DNA of 64,000 bases from an uncultured Candidatus Saccharibacteria bacterium (GTDB lineage: Bacteria > Patescibacteriota > Saccharimonadia > Saccharimonadales > EFPC-124). A program made the translations under genes and the position numbers. The notes under the pieces were generated by a model. That model saw nothing but the letters and a program-made list of their open reading frames with translations. It did not search any database and was not told the DNA's origin. Each line of letters begins with the position of its first letter. The stretch's first letter is position 1. This document shows, one piece after another, positions 1 through 9,217 of this stretch. The stretch spans positions 257,641 to 321,640 of the forward strand of contig CBDDBE010000001.1 of NCBI GenBank assembly GCA_965225085.1, written 5' to 3'.

Positions 1-1
1 C

Positions 2-484
2 AATGTCACTGGCGTCCCCGAAGAAATGATGAAAGAAAACACTCCGCACATTTGTCTCGATAAAAACCACCGGCTGATTATACGCATACGCCAGAATTGC
101 ACTGGCGGTGTTGTGGCCAATACCCGGTAGCGCCACCAGCGGGTCCTCAGCATCAGGAATCTGGCCTTGATGCTTCTGTGTGATAATACCCGCTGCGGCA
201 TGCAGAAACTTTGCACGGCGGTTATAGCCAAGGCCATTCCATGCAGAGAGCACCTCCGCCAACGACGCCTTGCTCAGCGCCTGCACAGTGGGGAATCTCT
301 GCATAAACTCCTGATACTTGCCCGTTACGCGACCGACCTGCGTTTGCTGTAGCATCATCTCGCTGACCAGTACATGATACGGCAAAGGATCGTCGCGCCA
401 GGGCATGCTGCGCGCGTTTGCACGGTAGAAATCCCACACTATTTCCCGAAAATCATGTACCTGCTGCTCAGTTAGTGGCGTCAT
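2..484 (-). CDS. mutY: A/G-specific adenine DNA glycosylase (MutY), N-terminal part; gene runs off the left edge
   Basis: Hand translation of the reverse strand from ATG 484-482 gives MTPLTEQQVHDFREIVWDFYRANARSMPWRDDPLPYHVLVSEMMLQQTQVGRV...WNGLGYNRRAKFLH...LPGIGHNTASAIL. This is the MutY/HhH-GPD N-terminal signature. The frame is open to position 2 and is absent from the ORF track because there is no stop in the window. Confidence 0.85.
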   Translation of the reverse strand, partial: MTPLTEQQVHDFREIVWDFYRANARSMPWRDDPLPYHVLVSEMMLQQTQVGRVTGKYQEFMQRFPTVQALSKASLAEVLSAWNGLGYNRRAKFLHAAAGIITQKHQGQIPDAEDPLVALPGIGHNTASAILAYAYNQPVVFIETNVRSVFFHHFFGDASDI

Positions 485-761
485 CGATTGCTTGTGCCAG
501 CTCGATATCCAATTGCGTCACACCACCCGCGTCGTGGGTAAAATTGGTGATTTCGACTTCACTGTAGCGCAATGTGACCTCTGGGTGATGGCCCTTCTGT
601 TCTGCGGCCTGGCCGATTTTATCGACCATTGCTAGCCCTTCGGCAAAGTCATGCGTTGGTAGTACCCGCACCAGTCCTTGGCCGGGAATGTGGGACCATC
701 CTACGTTCAGTTTGGCAACTTCGGCCTCAATACGTTCGTCAGATAAAACTTGTTCACTCAT
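468..761 (-). CDS. pterin-4-alpha-carbinolamine dehydratase (PCD/DCoH family)
   Basis: 97-aa ORF with GHHPEVTLRYSEVEITNFTHDAGGVT, typical of PCD. Its 3' end overlaps the mutY start by 17 nt. Confidence 0.85.
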   Translation of the reverse strand: MSEQVLSDERIEAEVAKLNVGWSHIPGQGLVRVLPTHDFAEGLAMVDKIGQAAEQKGHHPEVTLRYSEVEITNFTHDAGGVTQLDIELAQAIDDATN

Positions 762-794
762 ACCCTCATTGTACCGCAGTCCCGCGCCTCTGTT

Positions 795-2567
795 CTAATA
801 AAATCCAAACCGGTTGCTGGGCGCGCCCGGTTGCTCACTGGCGGTGGCATCGGTGATCTTGTGAGGGTCGCCACCAGTCGATGGGATGGCATAGTCGGTG
901 GTTTGGCTAGCGTCATTTACCCGGTACGTTACGACGTTGCCAACCATGCGAATCGGCCCGGCTAGGCCGCCAGCTGAATAAAGCTTCTGGATCGCCCCTG
1001 TTGCCATATTCTTTGCCAGCAGCGCGTATTTGCCATCGATACGCGAAACCATCAATCGCTGGCCTCCATCGGCGCTTAATGCCGCCAAGTATTGCACTGT
1101 CGTATCAACGCCTATTGGCTGGGCGATAGTCTTTAGGTTGTCGGTGTTGAAATTGTACTCGTGCCAGGCCTGATCCTGTGCGGTCTTGAAATCGATGCGA
1201 TCAAAATCGATCTGCGCGTAACTACCATAATCAACCTGCTCGCCCAGCGTTTTCATGCCCGTGCCGTTCACTTGCGCCACACGTAGAACAGGGCTGGTCG
1301 GTTGATCAGGGCCGGAGCTGATGATCTTTTGGTACGCAACCCGGTCAAATGCAACCGTACTGACGCTAATGCTCTCGGCAGTTTCAAAGTTGTAAATACG
1401 CTGCGTGGTCGCATCAACACTGCGAAGTGTGGTCGGGTATGCATTGCCTGTGCTGTCATACGCTGTCGTAGTATAGACCAAGGTATCACCTGACCAGTCC
1501 GCGAAGGCAACGGCCACACCCTCGTCAACCCGGGTCAGCTGCTTGGTCTGCAGGTTGACGACATACACGCGCTGCAGCACATCGTGCCTGGAGTTTCGCG
1601 CTCCATCGCGGCTCGAACTCAGAATGCCATATTTGCCATCCGGGCTAACCGCAAATGCTATTTCGCTGGTTTCCTGCCCCGTCCCGGTGACGATCGGCTG
1701 GACGTCCGAACCATCGAGATTAATACCGTAGACCGTCAGCGTGCCATCGCGCTTACTCACAAAGTAATGACGCCCACCAGGCACTACGCTCACCTGCTGG
1801 TTTGGCGCGCCTAGGGTAATATCGAATTGTTTGTCCACGTAGCTTCCGCCAAAATTAGTCGTCACGGTCACCTTGCTGGCATCCGTCCCGGGAATCCTAA
1901 GCGATACTTGCCCCTGGTCATCCGGCTTGGCCACGACGTCGCCAATGGTAAATTCGCCGGCCGTCACGGGCTTGCCGCTCAGCGCGTCGACTACTTTGAA
2001 TGCCACAGGTATACCGGTCCCTGCGAGGCTCAGTTCAATAGACCGCGCAGCGTCATCCTGGGCCTTACCGCCAAATTTGTGCAGGAACGGGTCAAAATCG
2101 AGATTAACACCGTAGTCAATACTCTGATATCCAGCCTTACTCGCGATGATCGCAACATGACCATATGGCACGCCCGGAACGGTTAGCTTCCCCTGGTTGT
2201 CGGTATGATATTGCCGCCCATTGACGGTGACGGTGACGTTCTTGAGGCTGGCTGGCTTTGACTTACTGCCCTCACCAGGCGAGATCGCCGTGATACTGAG
2301 CGTATTGCGTGCCCCGAACAGGTTAACAGCCCACCACCGTGCCGGTTGAGTAAACCACACAATGATACTCGCAAATAACAAAACACCAACAAGCCCCAGC
2401 CAGAACTTCCAGCTCTTCAGCAGCCTTGTTATCTTTCGCCCAAACGAATGCTTACCCGCCGCGGGTTGTATGGACTGAGGCGCGGGCTGAAGGGGTTGCG
2501 TCTGGGTATTGGGCGCAGATGGCTGCTCGTTTGGTAGAGAATTTTGTTGTTGGTTTTCGGGGTTCAT
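795..2567 (-). CDS. membrane-anchored extracytoplasmic protein with beta-sandwich domains and a TolB-like beta-propeller
   Basis: 590-aa ORF. It has a Gln/Pro-rich N-terminus and one TM helix (WKFWLGLVGVLLFASIIVWF). Carboxypeptidase-regulatory-like segments follow. The C-terminal part has repeated SPDGK/DG...Y blades (FAVSPDGKYGILSS, LSADGGQRLMVSR). Confidence 0.55.
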   Translation of the reverse strand: MNPENQQQNSLPNEQPSAPNTQTQPLQPAPQSIQPAAGKHSFGRKITRLLKSWKFWLGLVGVLLFASIIVWFTQPARWWAVNLFGARNTLSITAISPGEGSKSKPASLKNVTVTVNGRQYHTDNQGKLTVPGVPYGHVAIIASKAGYQSIDYGVNLDFDPFLHKFGGKAQDDAARSIELSLAGTGIPVAFKVVDALSGKPVTAGEFTIGDVVAKPDDQGQVSLRIPGTDASKVTVTTNFGGSYVDKQFDITLGAPNQQVSVVPGGRHYFVSKRDGTLTVYGINLDGSDVQPIVTGTGQETSEIAFAVSPDGKYGILSSSRDGARNSRHDVLQRVYVVNLQTKQLTRVDEGVAVAFADWSGDTLVYTTTAYDSTGNAYPTTLRSVDATTQRIYNFETAESISVSTVAFDRVAYQKIISSGPDQPTSPVLRVAQVNGTGMKTLGEQVDYGSYAQIDFDRIDFKTAQDQAWHEYNFNTDNLKTIAQPIGVDTTVQYLAALSADGGQRLMVSRIDGKYALLAKNMATGAIQKLYSAGGLAGPIRMVGNVVTYRVNDASQTTDYAIPSTGGDPHKITDATASEQPGAPSNRFGFY

Positions 2568-2611
2568 GACTAAAACTAGTTACGCTAGTAGTATACCGCT
2601 ATAATACCACC

Positions 2612-3247
2612 ATGACTACCGAACGACGACAGATCATGACCGCAGCCGCCGACCATTTAGCTGCCCACGACGCGGCGTTTAGGCCTATTATCGAACAAGC
2701 CGGCATATGCACCATCGAGCCACACGACAACTATTATCAGGAGTTGGTTGAGGCCATCATCAGCCAACAGCTGAGCATCAAAGCATCCGCCACTATCATC
2801 AAACGCTTCGTGGCACTATTTGACGACACATTTCCTACCCCCGCCCAAATCCTATCGCGCAGCGTTGATGAGCTTCGGGCGGTTGGCATGTCACGCTCAA
2901 AGGCAAGCTACGTGCTCGACCTAGCGCTTCACATCGAGGAAGGCCGACTCCACCCCGAGACCTTGCCAGAATTACCCAATGATGAGATCATTCGCGAGCT
3001 CACTACCGTCAAAGGCATCGGCGAATGGACCGCACACATGTTCCTGATATTTAGTCTGGGGCGACTCGACGTACTAGCCACGGGCGACCTTGGCGTGCGC
3101 ATGGCCATGAAAAAGCTCTACCACCTCGACCAGCCGCCAAAACCCGACGAAATGCGCGCCATCGCAGGCAGCTACAGCTGGCATCCTTATGAGTCAATTG
3201 CCTGCTGGTATCTATGGAAATCGCTGGATAACGAGCCCAAGGCTTGA
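2612..3247 (+). CDS. DNA-3-methyladenine glycosylase II family protein (AlkA-like, HhH-GPD)
   Basis: 211-aa ORF with IISQQLSIKASATI...LTTVKGIGEWTAHMFLIFSLGRLDVLATGDLGV, the HhH-GPD motif with catalytic Asp. Confidence 0.8.
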   Translation: MTTERRQIMTAAADHLAAHDAAFRPIIEQAGICTIEPHDNYYQELVEAIISQQLSIKASATIIKRFVALFDDTFPTPAQILSRSVDELRAVGMSRSKASYVLDLALHIEEGRLHPETLPELPNDEIIRELTTVKGIGEWTAHMFLIFSLGRLDVLATGDLGVRMAMKKLYHLDQPPKPDEMRAIAGSYSWHPYESIACWYLWKSLDNEPKA

Positions 3248-3731
3248 TGACTCAGACGAAGGCACGAATCAGAACTGAGATATACGACGCTGCCAAATTA
3301 AGCCCTGCCTGGGCATCGGTACTCACGAGAGAGCGCGGGCTCCATATTGCTATCATGCGTGAACCATTTCTATCGTACATTTTGACTGGCAAGAAAACTG
3401 TCGAATCAAGATTCTCGATCAACCGAATTGCGCCGTACCAGAAGGTTGGACCAGGCGATATCATCCTCATGAAATCCGGCCCGATCATCGGATGTTTCGT
3501 AGCGGAATGGGTGAAATTTTACGACCTAACCGAAAAGCCAATCGAAGACATAATTGCGACTTTGGCCATGAGATTTGCGGCGATAGCGACTTTTGGCGTC
3601 AGAAAAACAACAAGCGATATGCGACGCTCATTGGCATCAACGATGTACGTCAGCTAACGCCAGTACCTATCACGAAGAACGACCGACGGGGCTGGATTGA
3701 TCTCCCGGCGGACACGCAGACACATAGTTAA
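3244..3731 (+). pseudogene. ASCH-domain protein, apparently disrupted by a 1-nt frameshift near 3553-3557
   Basis: Frame 1 (3244..3657) encodes an ASCH N-terminal part (FLSYILTGKKTVESRF...GDIILMKSGPIIGCFVAEWVKFYDL). The expected ASCH C-terminus (HEICGDSDFWRQKNNKRYATLIGINDVRQLTPVPITKNDRRGWIDL) lies in the -1 frame (ORF 3492..3731). Confidence 0.5.
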
Positions 3732-4467
3732 TTGATATGTCATGCGCCATGAATTTCCGTTCGTAGTAGGTCGTGGCTTTGTAGTCATCCGGTAGATCGC
3801 TTTTGTGCAGATCGAAGGCCAGCTCGCGAATGACCCATCCCTCGGCTACTAATTGTTCTAGACTCCACAAAAAGAGCTCGCGATTGTCGGTTTTGAAGCG
3901 CAAGATGCCCGGCCGGTGCTGGACCTTCGTCAGAACAACATCTGCGTTCCCTGCAGACTGAGGCGCTGTTTGCGCCGAGGGCCGTTGTGAGGATGAAGGT
4001 CGAGCGCCGGGCGTACCATCCTTCAGCAACTCACCATACACTCGTAGAAATGCCGGATGCGTCAGCCGGTGCTTAGCCTGCCTGACGCGCGGAAACGGGT
4101 CAGGAAACGTCACCCACAGTTCGTCTATGCTCCCGGGTTCAAAAAGCTCGCGCACCTGCCGGAGCTGCGCGCGGACAAACAGAATATTGCGCAGGTCATC
4201 CTGCTGGGCCGCCTTGGCACCGGCATACAACCGATCAGATTTGACATCAATCGCGATAAAGTTACGTTCAGGATAAAGCCGCGCTAACTTACAGCTAAGG
4301 TCGGCCGTACCGGCACCAACCTCAACAATTAAAGGCTGATGGGTATCAAAATAGTTAGATAACCCGCCCGGCTTCACGTCACTGGCCTGCATGCAGTTCG
4401 ACCACTGGTCGAAGTGCGCAAACTTCCACTTTTTGCGTTTGCGCGTAATAAAAAGCGTCTCGCTCAT
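3670..4467 (-). CDS. trmB: tRNA (guanine46-N7)-methyltransferase
   Basis: 265-aa ORF with LIVEVGAGTADL (SAM motif), WVTFPDPFPRVRQAKHRL and ILRFKTDNRELF. It carries a roughly 30-aa low-complexity insertion (TPGARPSSSQRPSAQTAPQSAGNADV) between conserved blocks. Confidence 0.85.
   Translation of the reverse strand: MSETLFITRKRKKWKFAHFDQWSNCMQASDVKPGGLSNYFDTHQPLIVEVGAGTADLSCKLARLYPERNFIAIDVKSDRLYAGAKAAQQDDLRNILFVRAQLRQVRELFEPGSIDELWVTFPDPFPRVRQAKHRLTHPAFLRVYGELLKDGTPGARPSSSQRPSAQTAPQSAGNADVVLTKVQHRPGILRFKTDNRELFLWSLEQLVAEGWVIRELAFDLHKSDLPDDYKATTYYERKFMAHDISINYVSACPPGDQSSPVGRSS
3922..4001. repeat. palindromic repeat element, copy 1 (inside trmB CDS)
   Basis: The core at 3953-3993 (gcagactgaggcgctgtttgcgccgagggccgttgtgagga) is 39/41 identical to 45632-45672. 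It is flanked here by the 7-bp inverted repeat gaccttc (3922-3928) / gaaggtc (3995-4001). Confidence 0.7.
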
Positions 4468-4962
4468 CTAGTAGCAGCCCGCTCCCTGTAGCGTCGTGCC
4501 GTCGGTGTTGCTGGTGCTCATGGCCTGTGGTGTCTGGATGGTATTGCCCGGAACATTTTGCAGCATCATACCGACAGATTGCGGGTTGGTGCTATCGCCG
4601 GCGCTGCCCTGCGTGCTGCCATTCGTGCAGACACCACCGCCATTTTCCAAAAGTTTATCTGCATCAGCAGACGTTTGGCCCGATTTGGTCATATCGTTCG
4701 ATGATGCGGCGCGCTGAAGGGACAATACAATAGCCACGACAAGTGCCACCCCCAGAACAGCAAGCGCAACAAGCCCGACAACCCACCTTCGGCTGACGGC
4801 AGACTGGGGCGGACTATCGGCTACAAGAGTATCCTGCTCGATTTTTTCAGGCTCCGGGCTGACAGGCTGAGCCGCCGCAGACTTGCCAGCAGCAACCTTA
4901 GGCGCCGAGGTTGCCTTAAGCTTACGAGCGCGACGAGTTGGTTTGGTTGCTTTCTTGGCCAT
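4468..4962 (-). CDS. hypothetical membrane-anchored protein (basic N-terminus, one TM, Ser/Thr/Gly-rich exterior)
   Basis: 164-aa ORF abutting trmB, with TM segment WVVGLVALAVLGVALVVAIVLSL. No recognisable domain. Confidence 0.55.
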   Translation of the reverse strand: MAKKATKPTRRARKLKATSAPKVAAGKSAAAQPVSPEPEKIEQDTLVADSPPQSAVSRRWVVGLVALAVLGVALVVAIVLSLQRAASSNDMTKSGQTSADADKLLENGGGVCTNGSTQGSAGDSTNPQSVGMMLQNVPGNTIQTPQAMSTSNTDGTTLQGAGCY

Positions 4963-4984
4963 ACACCCAGTGTACCACTGCCCG

Positions 4985-6304
4985 CTACGGCGTCAGGCGA
5001 TTTATATCGCGCGGGAAGAGCGTGGCTTCTTTGACATTGCCGAGGCCAATCGTCTTCTGCACCAAGCGATCGACGCCAAATCCGCAACCGCCGTGCTGAG
5101 GCAAACCGTATTTGAAGGCCTGAAGGTAATATTTGAATCCTTCGTGGGTGACGTCCAGGCCGGCGCGCGTCATCTGCTGAATCATCTTCTCATAATTATT
5201 CTCGCGGAGTGGAACGGTAGCGATTTCTAGGCCACGGAATAGCAGGTCACCCCAAGCAACGGTGCCGTCGTCCTTAAACTTGTGGTAAAACTTGCCGGCC
5301 GACGCCGGAAAATCAACCGCATACACCAAATCGGTCCCGAGCTCCTTACGGGCATAGTCTGAAATCCAACGCTCTTCGTCAGGTGTCAGGTCCTTCTCGG
5401 CTGTTGTGTCGGTCTTGGTAGCCTTGGTGTACATCTCGTGAATCTGCGAGATGGTAAAACGCGGAACCTTGCCATCAGATGGCAATTTCAATTCAGGCGC
5501 GTTCAAGGTCTTCAGATCAGCCGCATGCTCGTCATATGCGTGCTTCAGTGCGTACTGGGTCATATCGGCGACTGTGTCCAGCACCTCGTCGTGGTTCTCG
5601 ACAAATCCCATCTCGATGTCGAGCATAGTTAGCTCGGTCAAGTGCCTGGTGGTCGCGCTGGGCTCGGCACGGTAGCTGTGGTTAATCTCGAACACGCGCT
5701 CGAACGCGCCAACCATTATCTGCTTATAAAACTGCGGACTCTGGGCCAATGTTGCAGTCTTGCCAAAATAATCCAGTTTAAAAACCTCAGCACCGCCCTC
5801 GGTTGCTTCGGCCAGAAGCTTAGGCGTGTCAATCTCGACAAATTCATTCTGATACAAAAAGTCACGAATGTAGCGAGTCAGGCTGGCGCGAATGCGGAAG
5901 ATCTTCTGCTCGGTCAAATTGCGAACGTTGAGCACACGGTACTCAAACAGCGTGTCGAGGTTCTCGTGTTTGTGGCTGATTGGCTTGTCGATCTCGATCG
6001 GTGGCTCGTCCGTTACCGGGACTTCAACAGTGATCTTTACGTCGTGTAGCTCAGCACCGCCAGGTGCGCGCTGGTCCTCGACAACCATGCCTTCAAATCG
6101 CACGACCGTTCCGATGTGCAGCCCGCGCAGCTTCTCCAGTTCGTCCTTGTCCTCGACCAAGGCCTGGGCAATGCCGCTGCGATCGCGAATGGTCAAAAAG
6201 TTAAGCCCGCCGAGCAGGCGTTTCTTGTGCAGCCATCCGCGTACGGTTACGGTCTGGCCAATTTGTGATGAAAGTTCCTGAGTAAGAGTTCGCATAGTGT
6301 TCAT
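4985..6304 (-). CDS. aspS: aspartate--tRNA ligase, archaeal/eukaryal type (probably non-discriminating)
   Basis: 439-aa ORF with an OB-fold N-terminus (VTVRGWLHKKRLLGGLNFLTIRDRSG) and class II motifs (FRIRASLTRYIRDFL; FEINHSYRAE; GGCGFGVDRL). The size is typical of short type-2 AspRS. Confidence 0.9.
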   Translation of the reverse strand: MNTMRTLTQELSSQIGQTVTVRGWLHKKRLLGGLNFLTIRDRSGIAQALVEDKDELEKLRGLHIGTVVRFEGMVVEDQRAPGGAELHDVKITVEVPVTDEPPIEIDKPISHKHENLDTLFEYRVLNVRNLTEQKIFRIRASLTRYIRDFLYQNEFVEIDTPKLLAEATEGGAEVFKLDYFGKTATLAQSPQFYKQIMVGAFERVFEINHSYRAEPSATTRHLTELTMLDIEMGFVENHDEVLDTVADMTQYALKHAYDEHAADLKTLNAPELKLPSDGKVPRFTISQIHEMYTKATKTDTTAEKDLTPDEERWISDYARKELGTDLVYAVDFPASAGKFYHKFKDDGTVAWGDLLFRGLEIATVPLRENNYEKMIQQMTRAGLDVTHEGFKYYLQAFKYGLPQHGGCGFGVDRLVQKTIGLGNVKEATLFPRDINRLTP

Positions 6305-6378
6305 TGTTCCTTACAGCATAATCTGTTTATGTGGCAAAACGCAAGCAAAAGCGTTTCGAGTTATCAGAGGTGGGCGGT

Positions 6379-7425
6379 CTACGACTTGCCGGGCTTTCGG
6401 CGATTGCCGGCGACCAGGCGAGACACCGCCCGCATATCGTCGTATTGGTCGAACTCATCACCAATCTTGCGGCCGATTATGGCTTCGAGCACGTCTTCGA
6501 TCGTAACAATCCCCATCACCTCCTCAAACTCATTCACGACCATGAGTATGTGATGCTTGGTATGCAAAAATGCCTGCAGAGCGTGCTCGATCTGACGGTC
6601 CTGGTGCACATAATATACCCGCCGGTCCATCACATCGGCGACACTCCTAGATTTTGGGTCCAGCAGCACCAGGTCGCGCATATGCAGCACACCTTGCACG
6701 TGGTCCAGATCCTCGTGGATCACCGGGTAGCGCGAATGGCCGGCGTGATGCAGTCTGTCGAGCAGCAATGGGCCGATCGTATCATCGGCCGCGACGGTTA
6801 TCACAGCTGTGCGCGGCGTCATTATGTCCTTTACGAGTATATCCCTGTAGGCCAATGCCTGGTGTACCAGCAATTTTTCGTTCCGATCAAGAATTCCTTT
6901 GTCATGATCGATCTCGGCGAGGAGCTCCTGCCTGGAATGATATGCGGCGCTCTGAGTAGCAATTGGGGCACTGACAAAATATTGCAAAAATGGCTTCGCG
7001 ACCGTTGTCGCACGAATAAGCTTCGGCTGATTGGCATAAAACACCTTTTGAGCCAGCCTTCCCAGCCATGTCTGAACGCTAAGCAGTTCAATCATTACAA
7101 GCCATAGCACCAATAACCCCGCAGCCAGTACGGGCGAATACGCACACATAAGGGCAAGCGTAATCGCACTTATCAGCACTATGATACCTACACGCCGAAG
7201 CGCATCTAGCTGAGGCAGCGCCGCACGGAATGTCGCCTCGTCTTGGGCTGCATTGTCGCCAGCCTTTACTCGACGCCGTAGCTCAAACTCACTCAGCCGG
7301 CTAGCCTCGAGGCGCAGGCTCTTCGCAAATGCCGCAACCACTACAAATATAAGGACAAGGAATTGAATAATAATTTGAAGCATATACAGGTCAAGTATAG
7401 CAGAGGTGGGCGAGCTGCTACTCAT
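6379..7425 (-). CDS. CNNM/CorC-family transporter-associated protein (DUF21 membrane domain + CBS pair)
   Basis: 348-aa ORF with N-terminal TM helices followed by a CBS pair (VKDIMTPRTAVITVAADD...; VADVMDRRVYYVHQD...HILMVVNEFEEVMGIVTIEDVLEAIIG). Confidence 0.85.
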   Translation of the reverse strand: MSSSSPTSAILDLYMLQIIIQFLVLIFVVVAAFAKSLRLEASRLSEFELRRRVKAGDNAAQDEATFRAALPQLDALRRVGIIVLISAITLALMCAYSPVLAAGLLVLWLVMIELLSVQTWLGRLAQKVFYANQPKLIRATTVAKPFLQYFVSAPIATQSAAYHSRQELLAEIDHDKGILDRNEKLLVHQALAYRDILVKDIMTPRTAVITVAADDTIGPLLLDRLHHAGHSRYPVIHEDLDHVQGVLHMRDLVLLDPKSRSVADVMDRRVYYVHQDRQIEHALQAFLHTKHHILMVVNEFEEVMGIVTIEDVLEAIIGRKIGDEFDQYDDMRAVSRLVAGNRRKPGKS

Positions 7426-7447
7426 GCAACTCGCCCAACCATCCCTT

Positions 7448-8368
7448 CTAGTACAGCTCTACGCGGATATGGCGCCCCAGCTCAGGCACCAGCTGACGCT
7501 GTATGTAGAGCAGATCGGGCCCATACTTCGCAGGTGCGCCCGTCGCCAAGTGGTCCAATCGGATCTCGACCAGTCGGCCCTCCTGAACGGTGAGCATCAC
7601 GACATCACCCCCGCGGCACATCGCCAAGAGCGGCACATCGTCCCAAGGGGTAATGTGTGCATCCGCCGGTCGCAGCATGGCCACAAATTCACCGGTAAAC
7701 ACTCGCATCAGCGACAGCCCAATGCTGTCGCTTCCCCGATCGACACGGCCAAAAAGGCCAGTGAGTTGCTGTGCCGATGCGCTAGGCTCGCGCCTTCCGT
7801 GGTGCAGCAGCACGCCCTCGCCCAACGATGTAGCCCGAGGGAGCGTGCTCATATCGGTCTTTGCGCCATCCGAAGCGACCCGCATAACTCGTTTGCCGTA
7901 CGGCATACACCAGTACAACGGCCCAGTCACGTCGCAGATGTACGCACCTCGGGCCACTCCGTCTATCAGCACGCCAAGCATGGACGACACCTCGCCCGGC
8001 CTGGGCAAGCGGCCTTCCTGGAACGCTCGTATAAGCGAGCGCGTACCATCAGCCGGATCGATCGTAATCACGACCGAACTGCCGGGGAGGGTGCAAGGTC
8101 GAAACAGGTCGCTCTCCTCGCCGATAAACCCGACTCTTGGAGGCAGGTCGGCCTCAGCTATCTGCACGCATTCCTGTTGCGCCCGAAGATCCGCGCTAGT
8201 GACGACGTCGCTATTGCGCTGCCCCGAGTAGCTCGTCTTGCTGTAGACGACGAGGGTGGGCAGTTCTTCCATTACTATCGCTGTCATTACAGGAGCGATC
8301 TTGCAGCACGCCTCGTGGATATCCGCCATCAACGACAGATCCATGTAGCCTTTTCTTGCAGGCGTCAT
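7448..8368 (-). CDS. inositol monophosphatase / FBPase-family phosphatase
   Basis: The ORF contains FIGEESD and ITIDPADGTRSLI (IMPase metal-binding motifs). The start is placed at ATG 8368, preceded by GGAGG at a 7-nt spacing. The track's longer start at 8452 is less likely. Confidence 0.65.
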   Translation of the reverse strand: MTPARKGYMDLSLMADIHEACCKIAPVMTAIVMEELPTLVVYSKTSYSGQRNSDVVTSADLRAQQECVQIAEADLPPRVGFIGEESDLFRPCTLPGSSVVITIDPADGTRSLIRAFQEGRLPRPGEVSSMLGVLIDGVARGAYICDVTGPLYWCMPYGKRVMRVASDGAKTDMSTLPRATSLGEGVLLHHGRREPSASAQQLTGLFGRVDRGSDSIGLSLMRVFTGEFVAMLRPADAHITPWDDVPLLAMCRGGDVVMLTVQEGRLVEIRLDHLATGAPAKYGPDLLYIQRQLVPELGRHIRVELY

Positions 8369-8469
8369 AGTACGCCTCCATCCTGTGTAGAAGGAACAAT
8401 CAATAGTATAACAGCATACTCTTTCGGGATTAGCAATTTTGTAAAATAGCACATCAGCGGTATGATGAA

Positions 8470-9165
8470 ATGGTTATGACAAAAACTCGATGGATTATTT
8501 TTGCAGTGATTTGCCTGAGCGTGTTAGGGCTCGTCATCGCGACGAACAAGAAAGACACTGTAGTCGCGTATAAAGGCGACGCAACCAAGATTATTACCGA
8601 CGGACCGATTGCCGATCACGTCTTTGGCAGCAATCAACACAAGGCCATGCTGATCGAATACGGTGACTACGAATGCCCCGGGTGCGAGTCGCTATACCCT
8701 ATCGTCAAGACCCTTACCAATCAATATAAGGACCAGCTGACATTCGTATTCCGCAACTTGCCGCTCACTACCATCCACCCGAATGCGCTGGCCGCCGCAA
8801 CCGCTGCCGAAGCTGCAGGGCTGCAGGGCAAATACTACGAGTATCACGACCTGCTGTACGACAACCAGAATGCCTGGAACCAAGCCTCGGTAAGCGATCG
8901 CAGTACTCTCTTCGAAGGCTATGCCAAGCAACTAGGCCTGGATGTAAATAAATTCAAAAATGATCTCACCAGCAGCGACGTCACCACCAAAATCAACCGC
9001 GACCGTTCAACTGCTGCCAGTTTTGGCTTTGATTCCACGCCGACCCTTATGCTGGGTGGCCAAAAGGTCGGCCAGGATATTGTGTTCGACCAGACCAAAC
9101 TCGGCCAGGCAATTAACGACGAGTTGAAAAAAGCCGGCATCACCGTGCCAGCTGTCACCAATTAA
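8470..9165 (+). CDS. DsbA-family thiol:disulfide oxidoreductase, membrane-anchored
   Basis: 231-aa ORF with an N-terminal TM helix, a CPGC active site (YGDYECPGCESLYP) and a thioredoxin fold (FVFRNLPL...HPNA). Confidence 0.8.
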   Translation: MVMTKTRWIIFAVICLSVLGLVIATNKKDTVVAYKGDATKIITDGPIADHVFGSNQHKAMLIEYGDYECPGCESLYPIVKTLTNQYKDQLTFVFRNLPLTTIHPNALAAATAAEAAGLQGKYYEYHDLLYDNQNAWNQASVSDRSTLFEGYAKQLGLDVNKFKNDLTSSDVTTKINRDRSTAASFGFDSTPTLMLGGQKVGQDIVFDQTKLGQAINDELKKAGITVPAVTN

Positions 9166-9168
9166 ATA

Positions 9169-9211
9169 ATCATCACATGGACGCCCAAACCCAGGGCGTC
9201 CATGTGATGAT
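9169..9211. terminator. bidirectional hairpin between convergent genes
   Basis: Perfect 16-bp stem catcacatggacgccc (9171-9186) / gggcgtccatgtgatg (9194-9209) with a 7-nt loop. It is extendable by 2 A-T pairs and lies between the dsbA-like stop (9165) and the stop of the 9218 gene. Confidence 0.7.
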
Positions 9212-9217
9212 AGTGCC

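Noticed and set aside
6331-7107. 258-aa plus-strand ORF
   Set aside because: It is antisense to the DUF21-CBS (CNNM/CorC) gene. It has no motifs, an atypical His/Gln/Val-rich composition and no RBS.
7406-8449. 347-aa plus-strand ORF, the longest unexplained ORF in the track
   Set aside because: It is the antisense shadow of the IMPase-family gene (7448..8368, minus strand), which has clear catalytic motifs. The shadow protein is Arg/His/Pro/Ala-rich low complexity with no RBS.
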